Origin: Parvularculaceae bacterium
GTDB taxonomy: Bacteria; Pseudomonadota; Alphaproteobacteria; Caulobacterales; Parvularculaceae
Reading direction: 5' to 3'
NCBI GenBank assembly: GCA_021776465.1
Contig: JAJFFU010000147.1
Span: 5,465 to 69,464, forward strand
Length of the DNA stretch: 64,000 bases
Part shown: positions 39,392-49,557 of the stretch, one piece after another
Layout: each line of letters begins with the position of its first letter
Position numbering within the stretch: the stretch's first letter is position 1
The notes under the pieces: generated by a model
Database searches by the model: none
Told to the model about the DNA's origin: nothing
The model's input: the letters and a program-made list of their open reading frames with translations, nothing else
Position numbers and translations under genes: made by a program

Positions 39392-41656
39392 ATGCGCTCA
39401 CCATGGATTTGGTTTGGTTTTTCAAGCGCTGTCTTTGCCATCATCTTCCTGGGATTGAATGTGCTGCTGGACGGCCCGTCGCCGCCTCAGTCGGATTTCG
39501 ATCCCGTGCGCGCACATCAGCTCGTCTCCGGTCTTATTCCAGAAAATAAACCGCATCCGCTCGGCAGCGCAGAAAACCGCCTTGTACGCGAACGTATCGA
39601 AAACAAACTAACGGCGCTAGGCTATTCACCGCAAATTCAGGCGACAGTCATATGCTCCGAAGAACGCTCGGGATGCGCTGCAGTTGAAAATCTCTACGCG
39701 ATAAAAACCGGGCGCATGCCAGACAGCGACGCCATCCTCGTCAGCGCGCATTACGACAGCACATTGGCGGGCCCCGGCGCGGCCGATGATTTGGCCGCGG
39801 CGGCGGCCATGCTTGAAGTCATGGAGCTGTTACAAGACGAAAATTATTTGAATGATATCATTTTCCTCTTCGCCGATGCTGAAGAAGCCGGGCTTTGGGG
39901 AGCAAGAGCGTTCGCCGAGAACAACGCTGAGATGGCGCGCGTCAAGTTCGTCATCAACTTGGAGGCGCGCGGCGTCGCCGGCCCATCGGCGATGTTTGAG
40001 ACAAGCGTTAACAACCACAACTTGATAAAATTGTTCTCCGGCGCTGCCTCACGACCATTCGCCAATTCATTGACATACGAAGTCTATCGCAAGATGCCGA
40101 ACGACACGGACATGTCGATATACAGAAAAACAGGCGCCGCAGGCCTTAACTTCGCTTTCACTGGCGGCGTATCGCTTTATCACACATCCCGTGACGATCC
40201 GGCGCATTTGAGCCTGCGGTCCCTTGCCCACCATGGCGACAATTTGCTTACAACACTACGCGCCGCGGGCGATACGCCCCTTGGCGAGCTTAACGCAACC
40301 GGCGACGCCGTATACTTTGATCTGTTCGGAAGAACGCTGATTTATTGGCCGTCCTGGCTAACTTTTCCCCTTCTACTTGTTACGCTTGTACTGATTATCA
40401 TCGCCGGCAAAAATGCGGCCGCTTTTCGTCCGAAAGCGATTTTATCAAGTGTTGCTGCGTATATCACCGCCTTGGTTGTGCTGGGTCTTGTCGGCTGGCT
40501 GCTCGTCTTTCCCCTCGCCCTATGGCCGGCTGCGCCCTATCTAGATCATCCTCATCCATGGCCGGGACGCATTGCTCTTGCCGCCGCATGCCTTCTTATC
40601 CCAACGCTTATTGCGCCAAAATTCAACCGCAGCGCCGGTTTCGCTGCATCTTTGTTCGCCGCGTGGACAATAATAACGCTACTCGGTTTTGTTCTTGCGG
40701 CGACATTGCCTGGGGCATCCTACCTCACGCTCGCGCCTGCGCTCCTATTTGCGATCGCCGCGATTATAGAGCGCGCGATCGCCCCGGAGAACAAGGGAGT
40801 GATCGCCAGCCATATCGGTTTTATCGCCGCTGTATACTTCGCCTTATATCATTTTCTGGCGTTCGAGGTGGTTTTAGGATTCCACCTCAGCCACTTCAAA
40901 GCGCTGCTGCTATTTATGCCGGTGATCGCCGGAGCGCCGCTTGTCATGTGGCACACAGAGCATTCAAGGCGAACAGCAGGACCGGCCTTCGCCCTATTGG
41001 CCGTCACGCTTACCGCCACCCTGATCGCATCTCAAACACCTGCATATACATTCGACCGTCCGCGATCCATGAACTTTGCATATGAACAGATTGAAGATTT
41101 CGGTGGTGAAAGAACCGCGCGCTGGCGCTTACAGACTTATGGACCCGACGCCGGGCGCATAGCAGAGGCGGCAGGATTTCCCAGCAGTCCGGAAGCGTAC
41201 CGGCTCTACAATGTTTATGACCTTCAGGCCTATGTTAAACCTGCGCAAGACCTCGGACTTCCATTGCCGAGCGTGGCGATTGAAAGTGTGAAACTGGAAC
41301 GCGGCAAACGCATAATTCAAGGAACTCTTACGCCTGGACGAAACGGCCCATATTTCGGCATTGCTTTCGAGAAAGACGCCGCGGTTGAGCGTTTCACCGT
41401 CAACGAGATAGATCTACTAACTGCTGAAAAACTCGTCAAAACTCATGCCGGAGCGCTCGTCATGTTTCTCGGCATGGACCAGGCCATACCGTTTGAAATC
41501 GTAGCTGGCGAAGAACCACTACCTGCCACTCTTTACGAGGTTTCCGCAATTCCGGACAATGACGTCGCCGCAGCCCTGCAACAAAGTCGCCCCGAGACTG
41601 CCGTCGCAAGCGGACTGGGCGATTATTCCGAAATTCAAAAACTGATCGAATTTTAA
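39392..41656 (+). CDS. M28 metallopeptidase with multi-pass membrane domain (ERMP1/Pff1-like)
   Basis: PHP.GS, SAHYDS, PGAADD, DAEE.GL.GA, NLEARG, PNDTD, YHT..D, followed by about 8 transmembrane helices. Confidence 0.9.
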   Translation: MRSPWIWFGFSSAVFAIIFLGLNVLLDGPSPPQSDFDPVRAHQLVSGLIPENKPHPLGSAENRLVRERIENKLTALGYSPQIQATVICSEERSGCAAVENLYAIKTGRMPDSDAILVSAHYDSTLAGPGAADDLAAAAAMLEVMELLQDENYLNDIIFLFADAEEAGLWGARAFAENNAEMARVKFVINLEARGVAGPSAMFETSVNNHNLIKLFSGAASRPFANSLTYEVYRKMPNDTDMSIYRKTGAAGLNFAFTGGVSLYHTSRDDPAHLSLRSLAHHGDNLLTTLRAAGDTPLGELNATGDAVYFDLFGRTLIYWPSWLTFPLLLVTLVLIIIAGKNAAAFRPKAILSSVAAYITALVVLGLVGWLLVFPLALWPAAPYLDHPHPWPGRIALAAACLLIPTLIAPKFNRSAGFAASLFAAWTIITLLGFVLAATLPGASYLTLAPALLFAIAAIIERAIAPENKGVIASHIGFIAAVYFALYHFLAFEVVLGFHLSHFKALLLFMPVIAGAPLVMWHTEHSRRTAGPAFALLAVTLTATLIASQTPAYTFDRPRSMNFAYEQIEDFGGERTARWRLQTYGPDAGRIAEAAGFPSSPEAYRLYNVYDLQAYVKPAQDLGLPLPSVAIESVKLERGKRIIQGTLTPGRNGPYFGIAFEKDAAVERFTVNEIDLLTAEKLVKTHAGALVMFLGMDQAIPFEIVAGEEPLPATLYEVSAIPDNDVAAALQQSRPETAVASGLGDYSEIQKLIEF

Positions 41657-41675
41657 CGGCAAACCCACCGCTTTT

Positions 41676-43313
41676 TCACTCGCCCTTCATAAAGGGATAG
41701 CGATACTCCGTTGGCGGATGGAATGTTTCCTTGATGGTGCGCGGGGATGTCCAGCGCAGTAAATTCCAGACCGATCCGGCCTTGTCATTCGTGCCGGACG
41801 CCCTGGCGCCGCCAAAGGGCTGCTGGCCGACGACCGCGCCGGTCGGTTTGTCATTGATATAAAAATTTCCCGCCGCATAGCGCAGCCGGCTCGACGTCTG
41901 ATCGATCACTTTGCGGTCGCGGGCGAAAACGGCGCCGGTGAGACCGTAAGCGCTGGTCCGGTCGATAAGGTCCAGCGTCTCGTCATAATCGTCATAAGCG
42001 TAAACGCTTGCGATCGGGCCGAAGAACTCCTCGCGCATGAATGTCGATCCGGGGTCAGCCGTCTCAAGCAATGTCGGCTCGACAAAGTAGCCGGTCGACT
42101 TATCGCAGCCGCCGCCGGCCAATATGGATATAGCCGGATCGCGCGACGCCGCCCTGAGCACGGTTTCATGACGCGTCCACGCTGTTTCATGGATGACCGC
42201 CCCCATGAAGTTCCCGAAGTCCGCTACGTCACCCATGCGGATCGTCGCGATCGCATCGGTCAGCTCTTTTTTCAGCCCCGGCCAAATCGCCTTTGGAACA
42301 AAAATGCGGGACGCGGCGGAGCATTTCTGGCCCTGATATTCAAAAGCGCCGCGAATGATCGCCGTGGAAAGCGCGCCCACCGAGGCGCTTTCATGGGCGA
42401 GGACAAAGTTCTTGCCGCCGGTTTCGCCCACAAGCCTGGGATAGTTTTTGTAGCCGCCCTTCGAGATCTCGCGATTGATCATATCGAACACCGCCGTCGA
42501 TCCGGTAAAATGGACGCCGGCGAGATGTTCATTCCCGAATGCGATCCGCGAAATTACTTCGGCGTCGCCATGAACAAGATTGATGACGCCGGGCGGCAGG
42601 CCCGCCTCATGCAGGAGCGCCATCGTATAATGGGCCGAAAGCATCGCGTGCGGCGACGGCTTCCACAACACCGTATTGCCCATCAGCGCCGGCGCCGTCG
42701 GCAGGTTTCCGGCGATCGCGGTAAAGTTGAATGGCGTGATTGCGTAAACGAAGCCTTCAAGCGGGCGGTATTCGCTCCGGTTCCAAACGCCGTCCGATGA
42801 GAGCGGCTGCTCCTCGTAAAGGCGCTGCATGAAGTGAACGTTGAAGCGCCAGAAGTCGGCAAGTTCGGCGGCGGCGTCGATCTCCGCCTGTAAGGCTGTT
42901 TTCGATTGACCCAGCATGGTCGCCGCATTCATCCGGGCCCGCCATGGCCCCGACAGCAAGTCCGCCGCTTTTAAAAACACCGCCGCCCGCAAGCGCCAGT
43001 CGGCCCGCGACCAGTCTGCATGGGCGCGCAACGATGCGGCGATGGCGCGCTCGACCTCCGGCGCGCCAGCCTGATCGGCGTCAGCGAGCGCATGCCCATG
43101 GCGATGCGGACAGATCGCACTTTTTGCCGCGCCCGTTTCGACAGCTTCCCCATCGATAAATAAGGGCAGGCGCGCGCGTTCCGACGACACATCCGCCAAC
43201 GCGCTTTTTAGCGCCGCACGCGGCAACGAACCAGGCGCATAATCGCAGACCGGCTCGTTAAAAGGCGGCGGCGGACTAGATAGGCCAGATTCTGTATACA
43301 TGTGAGGGTCCAT
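41676..43313 (-). CDS. pruA: Monofunctional L-glutamate gamma-semialdehyde (P5C) dehydrogenase, ALDH4 type
   Basis: NEPV..YAPGS, TMLGQSK, AEIDAA.EL.DF.RFN, PFNFTAI.GNL, GETGGK, FEYQGQKCSA, NDKPTGAVVGQQPFGG.R.SGTNDKAG. Confidence 0.93.
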   Translation of the reverse strand: MDPHMYTESGLSSPPPPFNEPVCDYAPGSLPRAALKSALADVSSERARLPLFIDGEAVETGAAKSAICPHRHGHALADADQAGAPEVERAIAASLRAHADWSRADWRLRAAVFLKAADLLSGPWRARMNAATMLGQSKTALQAEIDAAAELADFWRFNVHFMQRLYEEQPLSSDGVWNRSEYRPLEGFVYAITPFNFTAIAGNLPTAPALMGNTVLWKPSPHAMLSAHYTMALLHEAGLPPGVINLVHGDAEVISRIAFGNEHLAGVHFTGSTAVFDMINREISKGGYKNYPRLVGETGGKNFVLAHESASVGALSTAIIRGAFEYQGQKCSAASRIFVPKAIWPGLKKELTDAIATIRMGDVADFGNFMGAVIHETAWTRHETVLRAASRDPAISILAGGGCDKSTGYFVEPTLLETADPGSTFMREEFFGPIASVYAYDDYDETLDLIDRTSAYGLTGAVFARDRKVIDQTSSRLRYAAGNFYINDKPTGAVVGQQPFGGARASGTNDKAGSVWNLLRWTSPRTIKETFHPPTEYRYPFMKGE

Positions 43314-43458
43314 GCGCGAACCTCTGTTCATAATAGGGAAATGAAGGCACATGAATTCGTTATTTGGTATGCAACATTCAATTTTGGGTAATTTCGAATG
43401 TATTGACCGCGCTTTTTACACATTCAAATCAGAAAGTCCGGACGAATATTGAACGTTC

Positions 43459-44604
43459 CTATAATTCAGACCTAATCTCAGATAGGATCGACGCTCGGTC
43501 CGCATCGAGCGCAGGCGCAGGCCGATCGGCGCACTCATTGACATTTTCAATAGCGAACGGTGATCTAGCGTAAAGAAGTTCACCTTCAATCGGGTGCGAC
43601 ATCGTTTTAAAATATTCAGCGGCTACAAGATGCGGTTCGTTCGGCAAGTCTTCGAGGCGATTTACCGGCGCACACGGAACATCTACGCTGCGCAACCCTT
43701 CCAGCCACTCTTTTGTCGTACGCGTTGGCGCGATATTCTCAATGATCTCATATAGTGTGTCGATGTGCCGAGACCGCATCTCGTCATTCGATATTCGCGG
43801 CGAATCGGCAAGCTTTTCCATACCAATCAATTCAAGGAACCGCCGCCATTGCGCCGCCGTATACGGCATAATCGTCACATATCCATCGCGCGTTTGATAA
43901 GGGCGGCGGCCGGGCGCATTCAACCGCCCATAACCGCGATCCGGCATAGGCGGTATAAAAGTTTGCCCACTGAGCTGCTCAATCAACAAGAACGAAGCCA
44001 TCGATTCGTACATCGGGGTTTCGATTTCGCACCCCTCACCTGAGCGTTCACGTGCGGCCACGCCGGTAGCAATCGCAAACGCCAAATGAAGCCCCGCGAC
44101 CTTGTCACACAAAATCGTGCGAACGAATTGCGGCGCGCCTTTGTGATCCGCGTTTAGCCAGGCAAGGCCGGACGCCGCCTGAATGCAGTCGTCATAAGCC
44201 GGTTCATCGCCGTAAACGCCGCGACCGAAACCTCGAGCTGAGCAATAGACGATTTCAGGCTTTTTCGCACGGATAGAAGCGTAATCGACACCGAGCTTAC
44301 GGGCGCTGGCATCGCGCATGTTATGAACAAATACATCTGCCGTTGCGACTAGCTCGAAGAGTATTTTCTGATCTTCTTGATCCGCCAGATCCAACGCAAT
44401 TGAGCGCTTATTTCGATTGAGATTAAGAAATCCGGCGCCATCGCCGCCGTCCCTCCCGGGCCGCGCGGCACGAAAGACGTCTCCGCCCCTAGGCTCTACT
44501 TTTATCACATCAGCGCCCATATCGGCGATTAGCTGCGTCGCGTACGGGCCGAGAACGACCGTACTCAGATCAATCACCCGTAAACCCTTCAATAACTCGT
44601 ACAT
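43459..44604 (-). CDS. CoA transferase family III (CaiB/BaiF)
   Basis: LRVIDLS.VV.GP, ADMGADVIKVEP..GD, NRNKRSI.LDL, catalytic Asp in PAYDD.IQA.SG. Confidence 0.9.
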   Translation of the reverse strand: MYELLKGLRVIDLSTVVLGPYATQLIADMGADVIKVEPRGGDVFRAARPGRDGGDGAGFLNLNRNKRSIALDLADQEDQKILFELVATADVFVHNMRDASARKLGVDYASIRAKKPEIVYCSARGFGRGVYGDEPAYDDCIQAASGLAWLNADHKGAPQFVRTILCDKVAGLHLAFAIATGVAARERSGEGCEIETPMYESMASFLLIEQLSGQTFIPPMPDRGYGRLNAPGRRPYQTRDGYVTIMPYTAAQWRRFLELIGMEKLADSPRISNDEMRSRHIDTLYEIIENIAPTRTTKEWLEGLRSVDVPCAPVNRLEDLPNEPHLVAAEYFKTMSHPIEGELLYARSPFAIENVNECADRPAPALDADRASILSEIRSEL

Positions 44605-44652
44605 ATTATTCCTTCAGATCACCGAACAGACGTATTTCTTGCTAACTTGTCC

Positions 44653-45276
44653 TCAATCCAAACGGGATCGATTGAGACGGCGCATCCATTCTTTAAGATC
44701 ATTATCCTGCAGATTTTTGAGTATCGCGTGAAGCGTTTCCGGGCGCTCGTCTTGCCCAAGTTTGAACGTGGCGTTTACATCAATGACTCTGGCGCGAAAC
44801 CCGACAATCATAGGCAACAACCGCTCATAACGCTCTTCCAGGTTGCTTGCGCGCCATGGATTTTCCCGATCCCTTTCCATCCAATCGATAAGAATATCAA
44901 CCGCCTCTGCAGTGAACTCAGGCACAACAGATACTTCCGCCGCAATACGCACATGCGCATAGTTCCATGTCGGCGCCCAATTGCTGCGTTCTGCTTGTGC
45001 CGGGGACACATAACCGGACGGACCCGAAAATTGAATTCTAGCAGTTGATCTTTTCGCGAAAGCGTCATTAAGCGGATTGCTGCGCGCGAAATGACCGATT
45101 AGTTCTGTCAAACGATTTTCATCATCAAAAACACCAATAAGCGGTAGCTGGCTCGCCTCATCTCCGTCCGCCGCTATAACCCACGCGAGCGGATACTTTT
45201 CGATCAGCAATCGGACATCGCTATTGTCAAAGCTTTCAAAGACTGATCCGATATTTTTCGAAGCGGTAATTTTCAA
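44653..45276 (-). CDS. PaiB-family FMN/heme-binding split-barrel protein
   Basis: GHFARSNP, F.GP.GYVSP, PTWNY, IVGF, FKLGQ; TTG start. Confidence 0.88.
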   Translation of the reverse strand: MKITASKNIGSVFESFDNSDVRLLIEKYPLAWVIAADGDEASQLPLIGVFDDENRLTELIGHFARSNPLNDAFAKRSTARIQFSGPSGYVSPAQAERSNWAPTWNYAHVRIAAEVSVVPEFTAEAVDILIDWMERDRENPWRASNLEERYERLLPMIVGFRARVIDVNATFKLGQDERPETLHAILKNLQDNDLKEWMRRLNRSRLD

Positions 45277-45375
45277 CCTCTTTCGGCCAGATGTGAGAAA
45301 TAGTGCTTGGGCCGGTAAATGATCCTGATTGGCTCTGATTGAACTATAGCTCAGCGCGAAATATTCGTATTAGTT

Positions 45376-45414
45376 GGGTGACGCGGTGCAAATTCGGGTA
45401 ATTTAGCCTTACCC
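45376..45414. promoter_or_regulatory. Palindromic operator GGGTAA-N7-TTACCC plus an upstream half-site
   Basis: GGGTGA 45376, GGGTAA 45396, TTACCC 45409, between the divergent paiB-like and PepSY genes. Confidence 0.7.
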
Positions 45415-45497
45415 ACGAATAGCCAGCTAGCGGACAATGCATCGACTTCGATATGGCCTTTAATCGATAAACGCAATTGGACTCGAAAAGGACACCC

Positions 45498-46610
45498 ATG
45501 TCTTCAAACGCATCTGCTGCGCCGCGCGCAATTCGACCGGTGGTTTTAAAAATTCATCGTTGGTTGAGCATAGGCGCCGCCGCATTCTGGATGATGCAAG
45601 CTATAACTGGCGTTCTTCTCAGCTTCCACTTTGAAATCGAAGATGCGCTGCTTTCTACCGAGCATCGTCAAACGGAACTTGACTCCATCGAGCAACGCAT
45701 GGTGACTTTAACATCGGCTGAGCCAAACGGACAAGTAAACTGGATATGGACGACGGCCGGCCTGCCAGATCGTTATGTTATCAATTACACGGACAATGGG
45801 GGCGTCGAGCGAATGGCTCGCGTTAACGGCGACGGCATCGTTCAGCGCGATCGCGCAGCCAGCGACCATTCATTTCTTAGTTTGATGCGCGAACTTCACC
45901 TGAACCTTTTGTCAGGTAATACAGGTTACTGGCTACTCGCTGGCACAGGTGTTCTGCTCATCACCAACATTTTCTTGGGGCTGATTGCCGCGTGGCCGCG
46001 ACGCGGTTCATGGCGGCGTGCTCTAACACCGTCAAACAATGGCGGCACAGAGCAGCGCGTTCTTTCCTGGCATCGTGCAGTTGGGTTATGGGCAATTATC
46101 CCAGCGCTAATTGTCGTCTTGTCTGGCACGCTGATATTCTTTGAACATAAAATCGAAGATGCGATTGGCGTCAAAGAAGTGCATCTAGCCGCCAATCCGC
46201 CTGAGGGACCGGGAGTCGGTTTCGCCATTGCCGCTCGCGCCGCTGTGCAGGCCATTCCCAATAGTGAGTTTGTTGGGACGACCATGCCGTCTGGTGAGGA
46301 CGCCAGCTATTATGCGTGGGTGCGCGCACCCGGCGAGCTTTTTCGCGCCTATGGCGCGAGCCTGGTTATTGTCGACGCCAATGACGGCAGTGTTCGCGGC
46401 GCTTATCCGGGTACGGATCTCTCTTCAGCAGATACGCTTATACGGTCGTTATACCCAATTCATACAGGAGAATTCGCGGGATTGCCCGGACGTATCATTG
46501 TGATGGGCGTAGGCATTTGGCTTGCTACAATGATAATCCTCGGCGTAATACTTTGGTTCAAACGCAGGAAGAGGAAGCGGATAGACGCACAAAGTTCCGT
46601 TTCGACCTAA
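45498..46610 (+). CDS. PepSY-associated TM helix protein (PiuB/FoxB-like membrane reductase)
   Basis: Conserved His motifs IHRWL, LH..LL, WH...G, IHTG; four TM segments with periplasmic PepSY regions. Confidence 0.88.
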   Translation: MSSNASAAPRAIRPVVLKIHRWLSIGAAAFWMMQAITGVLLSFHFEIEDALLSTEHRQTELDSIEQRMVTLTSAEPNGQVNWIWTTAGLPDRYVINYTDNGGVERMARVNGDGIVQRDRAASDHSFLSLMRELHLNLLSGNTGYWLLAGTGVLLITNIFLGLIAAWPRRGSWRRALTPSNNGGTEQRVLSWHRAVGLWAIIPALIVVLSGTLIFFEHKIEDAIGVKEVHLAANPPEGPGVGFAIAARAAVQAIPNSEFVGTTMPSGEDASYYAWVRAPGELFRAYGASLVIVDANDGSVRGAYPGTDLSSADTLIRSLYPIHTGEFAGLPGRIIVMGVGIWLATMIILGVILWFKRRKRKRIDAQSSVST

Positions 46611-47286
46611 TCATGAAGCGCTGATGAGTCTGTTCAAATTTGCACGAATGTTCGCGGCGATCGTGGCGAATGCTAAACTACGGTAGCAAGTTGATGACCC
46701 CTGTCCTGCCGGTGATTCTGATCATCCCACCCGCACCGTATTGCGAATAGAGAAGGATGACTGCGCGAGCATGAGGCGCAGCAATGATCGCTTTTATATT
46801 AGAGCAGAAACCGAGCTGCTCCAATTTGATGAGAGTAAGCTCAACGCTATTGTAAGTGCAGGCGTAAAACTAACCGGCGTGACCGCCCAACGACACCAAC
46901 GACGAACTCGGCTTTACCATTACAACGGCCAGAATTTCGGAAGCGTCGCGCGAATCAATGAGCGGTAGTATGAGTGAGGCGGTGTGCACACTGACATACT
47001 GGCGCAATGTTACGCCGTTTTAGTGATGCAGACAATTCTCCAATCTGTCGTAGCACCGTCTGCCGGCCCATCAGTCGACAACGCTTTGGCCTTCGGCGTG
47101 CGCGCCGAGTTTACGCCAGACAAAACTGGATCGATCTCCCGGACGTAATTTAATGACAGCGCGAATCCCGAATGGGTAATGTCGCCAAATCCGGGTAATC
47201 CAATCAACTCGTCCACCGCGACCGTTGACGGGGTCTGTTAAGCCAGACAGCTATGCCACTTAAAGAAAAACAATCATTGGGAGAAG

Positions 47287-48768
47287 GTGTTGGACAACGC
47301 AAATTTTCAACGGCTTTTCATTGGCGGCGAATGGGTTGAACCACGCGACGGCGGCACGCGCGGCAGCATCGATCCTGCGACCGGTGAACATTGGGGTACC
47401 GTTGCATATGGCGGTGAAGCCGATATTGACGTTGCCGTTGCTTCTGCACAGGCCGCCTTCGAAGGTCCGTGGCGTAAATTGCCGGGCTGGGAACGGGCCG
47501 CGCTCATGCGTAAATTCGCAGACCTTTATGCGACCAAAGTCGAAGAACTGGCGCAAATAGAATCACGCGACAATGGTCGGGCCATTCGCGAATCGCTTGG
47601 CGATATCGGATTGCACGCGCAGTATTATCACTGGTTTGCGTCACTGGCGGATAAGCTATCCGGCCGCACAATTCCCATAGACGATAGTGTCCACGCGTTT
47701 ACTTCCCGTGTTCCCGCCGGCGTCGTCGGTATGATCACGCCATGGAATGTACCGCTCATGGCGGCGGCATGGAAACTCGGCCCTGCACTCGCAGCCGGTT
47801 GCACTGTCGTTCTGAAGCCGGCTGAACAAACGCCAGCGTCTTCACTTGCTTTGGGCCGGATCTTTGAAGAAGCGGGCTTCCCACCAGGCGTCGTTAACAT
47901 TGTCCCCGGCGACGGGCCCGTCGCGGGCGCGCATCTCGTCGCGCACCCCGGCGTCAACAAAATTGCTTTCACCGGCGAAGGCGCCACCGCAAAAACAATA
48001 CTAAAGTCCGGCGCCGATACGCTTAAGCGTTTCAGCTTCGAGCTGGGCGGCAAAGCGCCACATATAATTTTCGCAGACGCCGATGTCGATCAGGCGCTCA
48101 ATGCGGCGACCGGTTCCGCATGGGCCTTATGCGGACAAAGTTGTGCGCTGGGTTCCCGGGTCCTGGTGGAACGGCCCGTATATGATCGCGTCGTCGAAGA
48201 ATTCCAACGCCGCGCTAAATGCGTTCGCGTCGGCATGCCGCTCGACCCTGCAACTCACATGGGACCACAGGCCCACCAGGCACAGCTCGAAAAAACATTA
48301 AATTATGTGGAAATCGGGAAAAAAGAAGGTGCTGCGCTGCTAACAGGCGGAGAACGCATTGCGTCGGGAGATTTTTCCAGAGGCTATTTCGTCGCGCCGA
48401 CGGTTTTTGCTGATGTGGCTCCTGACATGCGCATTGCACAGGAAGAAATCTTTGGTCCTGTCGCATCGATCATTCCGTTTGAAGGCGAAGAAGAAGCTAT
48501 CGCGATCGCAAACGGAACGCCTTATGGCCTCGCGGCCGGGCTTTGGACAAACGATGTCGGACGTGCACATCGCGTCGCGGCGAGAATCGAAGCTGGCATC
48601 GTTTGGGTCAACACTTATCGCTACATTCGATGGTCGACCCCATATGGCGGATTCAAAACAAGCGGCTGGGGACGTGAAAACGGACTTGAGGCGCTCGATT
48701 CGTATCTCGAAACCCGAACGACCATTGTTTCCACAACCGGGAAATTTCCCGATCCATTCGCAAGCTAA
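47287..48768 (+). CDS. NAD(P)-dependent aldehyde dehydrogenase (DhaS/BADH-like)
   Basis: ITPWN, LKPAE, FTG, ELGGK, GQSC, EEIFGPV, PYGGFK.SG.GRE. Confidence 0.92.
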   Translation: MLDNANFQRLFIGGEWVEPRDGGTRGSIDPATGEHWGTVAYGGEADIDVAVASAQAAFEGPWRKLPGWERAALMRKFADLYATKVEELAQIESRDNGRAIRESLGDIGLHAQYYHWFASLADKLSGRTIPIDDSVHAFTSRVPAGVVGMITPWNVPLMAAAWKLGPALAAGCTVVLKPAEQTPASSLALGRIFEEAGFPPGVVNIVPGDGPVAGAHLVAHPGVNKIAFTGEGATAKTILKSGADTLKRFSFELGGKAPHIIFADADVDQALNAATGSAWALCGQSCALGSRVLVERPVYDRVVEEFQRRAKCVRVGMPLDPATHMGPQAHQAQLEKTLNYVEIGKKEGAALLTGGERIASGDFSRGYFVAPTVFADVAPDMRIAQEEIFGPVASIIPFEGEEEAIAIANGTPYGLAAGLWTNDVGRAHRVAARIEAGIVWVNTYRYIRWSTPYGGFKTSGWGRENGLEALDSYLETRTTIVSTTGKFPDPFAS

Positions 48769-48780
48769 GAAAGCAACCTT

Positions 48781-49545
48781 ATGCGACTAAAAAACAAACT
48801 TGCAATCGTCACCGCCGCCGCATCCGGGATGGGCCGTGCAGGCGTTCATAATTTTGTTCGCGAAGGCGCGCGCGTCGCAGCTATCGATATTAGCGCTGAG
48901 GCGTTAGACGCGCTTGTTGCGGATTTTGATGCTGGCAGCGTCGTGCCAATTATCGCCGATTTGTCGACCGCTGACGGCTCCAAGAATAGTATTGATCAGG
49001 CTGCGTCTGAACTCGGCGGCGCTGATATACTTTGGGCCCATGCCGGCATGCCTGGACCCGCCTCCGTCGAAAATCTCGACATGGCGGCCTACCAGAAAGC
49101 GATTGACCTCAACGTGACCTCCGCAGCGCTCGGCGCCGGACAGGTAACTGAGCACATGCGCTCGCGCGGCGGCGGCGCTATTGTGTTCACATCATCCGTA
49201 TCTGGACTTGTTGGATCAATGATGAGTCCCATCTATTCGGCCGCAAAATGGGCTGTCGTGGGCCTGACCAAGTCGTTGTCACTGGCGCTCGCCGGCGACA
49301 ATATCCGAGTTAACGTGGTTTGCCCCGGCCTTGCCGACACACCTATGAAAATCGGTTTCACTGGTCGAAGCGGTGATCCCGCTGAGGCCGCCGCAAATGA
49401 AGCAAAGCTGATGGCCGCGGTGCCGATGGGGCGACTTGTGAAAGCAAACGAAGTCGCTGACGCAGTGCTTTGGCTCGTTTCGGATGAAGCGAGTTTTGTT
49501 ACGGGCGTCGCCCTACCCGTCGATGGCGGTTTCACAGCGCGATAA
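48781..49545 (+). CDS. Short-chain dehydrogenase/reductase
   Basis: TAAASGMG cofactor loop, YSAAK catalytic motif, NVVCPG, VDGG. Confidence 0.9.
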   Translation: MRLKNKLAIVTAAASGMGRAGVHNFVREGARVAAIDISAEALDALVADFDAGSVVPIIADLSTADGSKNSIDQAASELGGADILWAHAGMPGPASVENLDMAAYQKAIDLNVTSAALGAGQVTEHMRSRGGGAIVFTSSVSGLVGSMMSPIYSAAKWAVVGLTKSLSLALAGDNIRVNVVCPGLADTPMKIGFTGRSGDPAEAAANEAKLMAAVPMGRLVKANEVADAVLWLVSDEASFVTGVALPVDGGFTAR

Positions 49546-49557
49546 GGAGCCGCCCAG

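Noticed and set aside
46741-47216. Short ORFs 46741-46968 and 47010-47216
   Set aside because: No recognisable homology or RBS.
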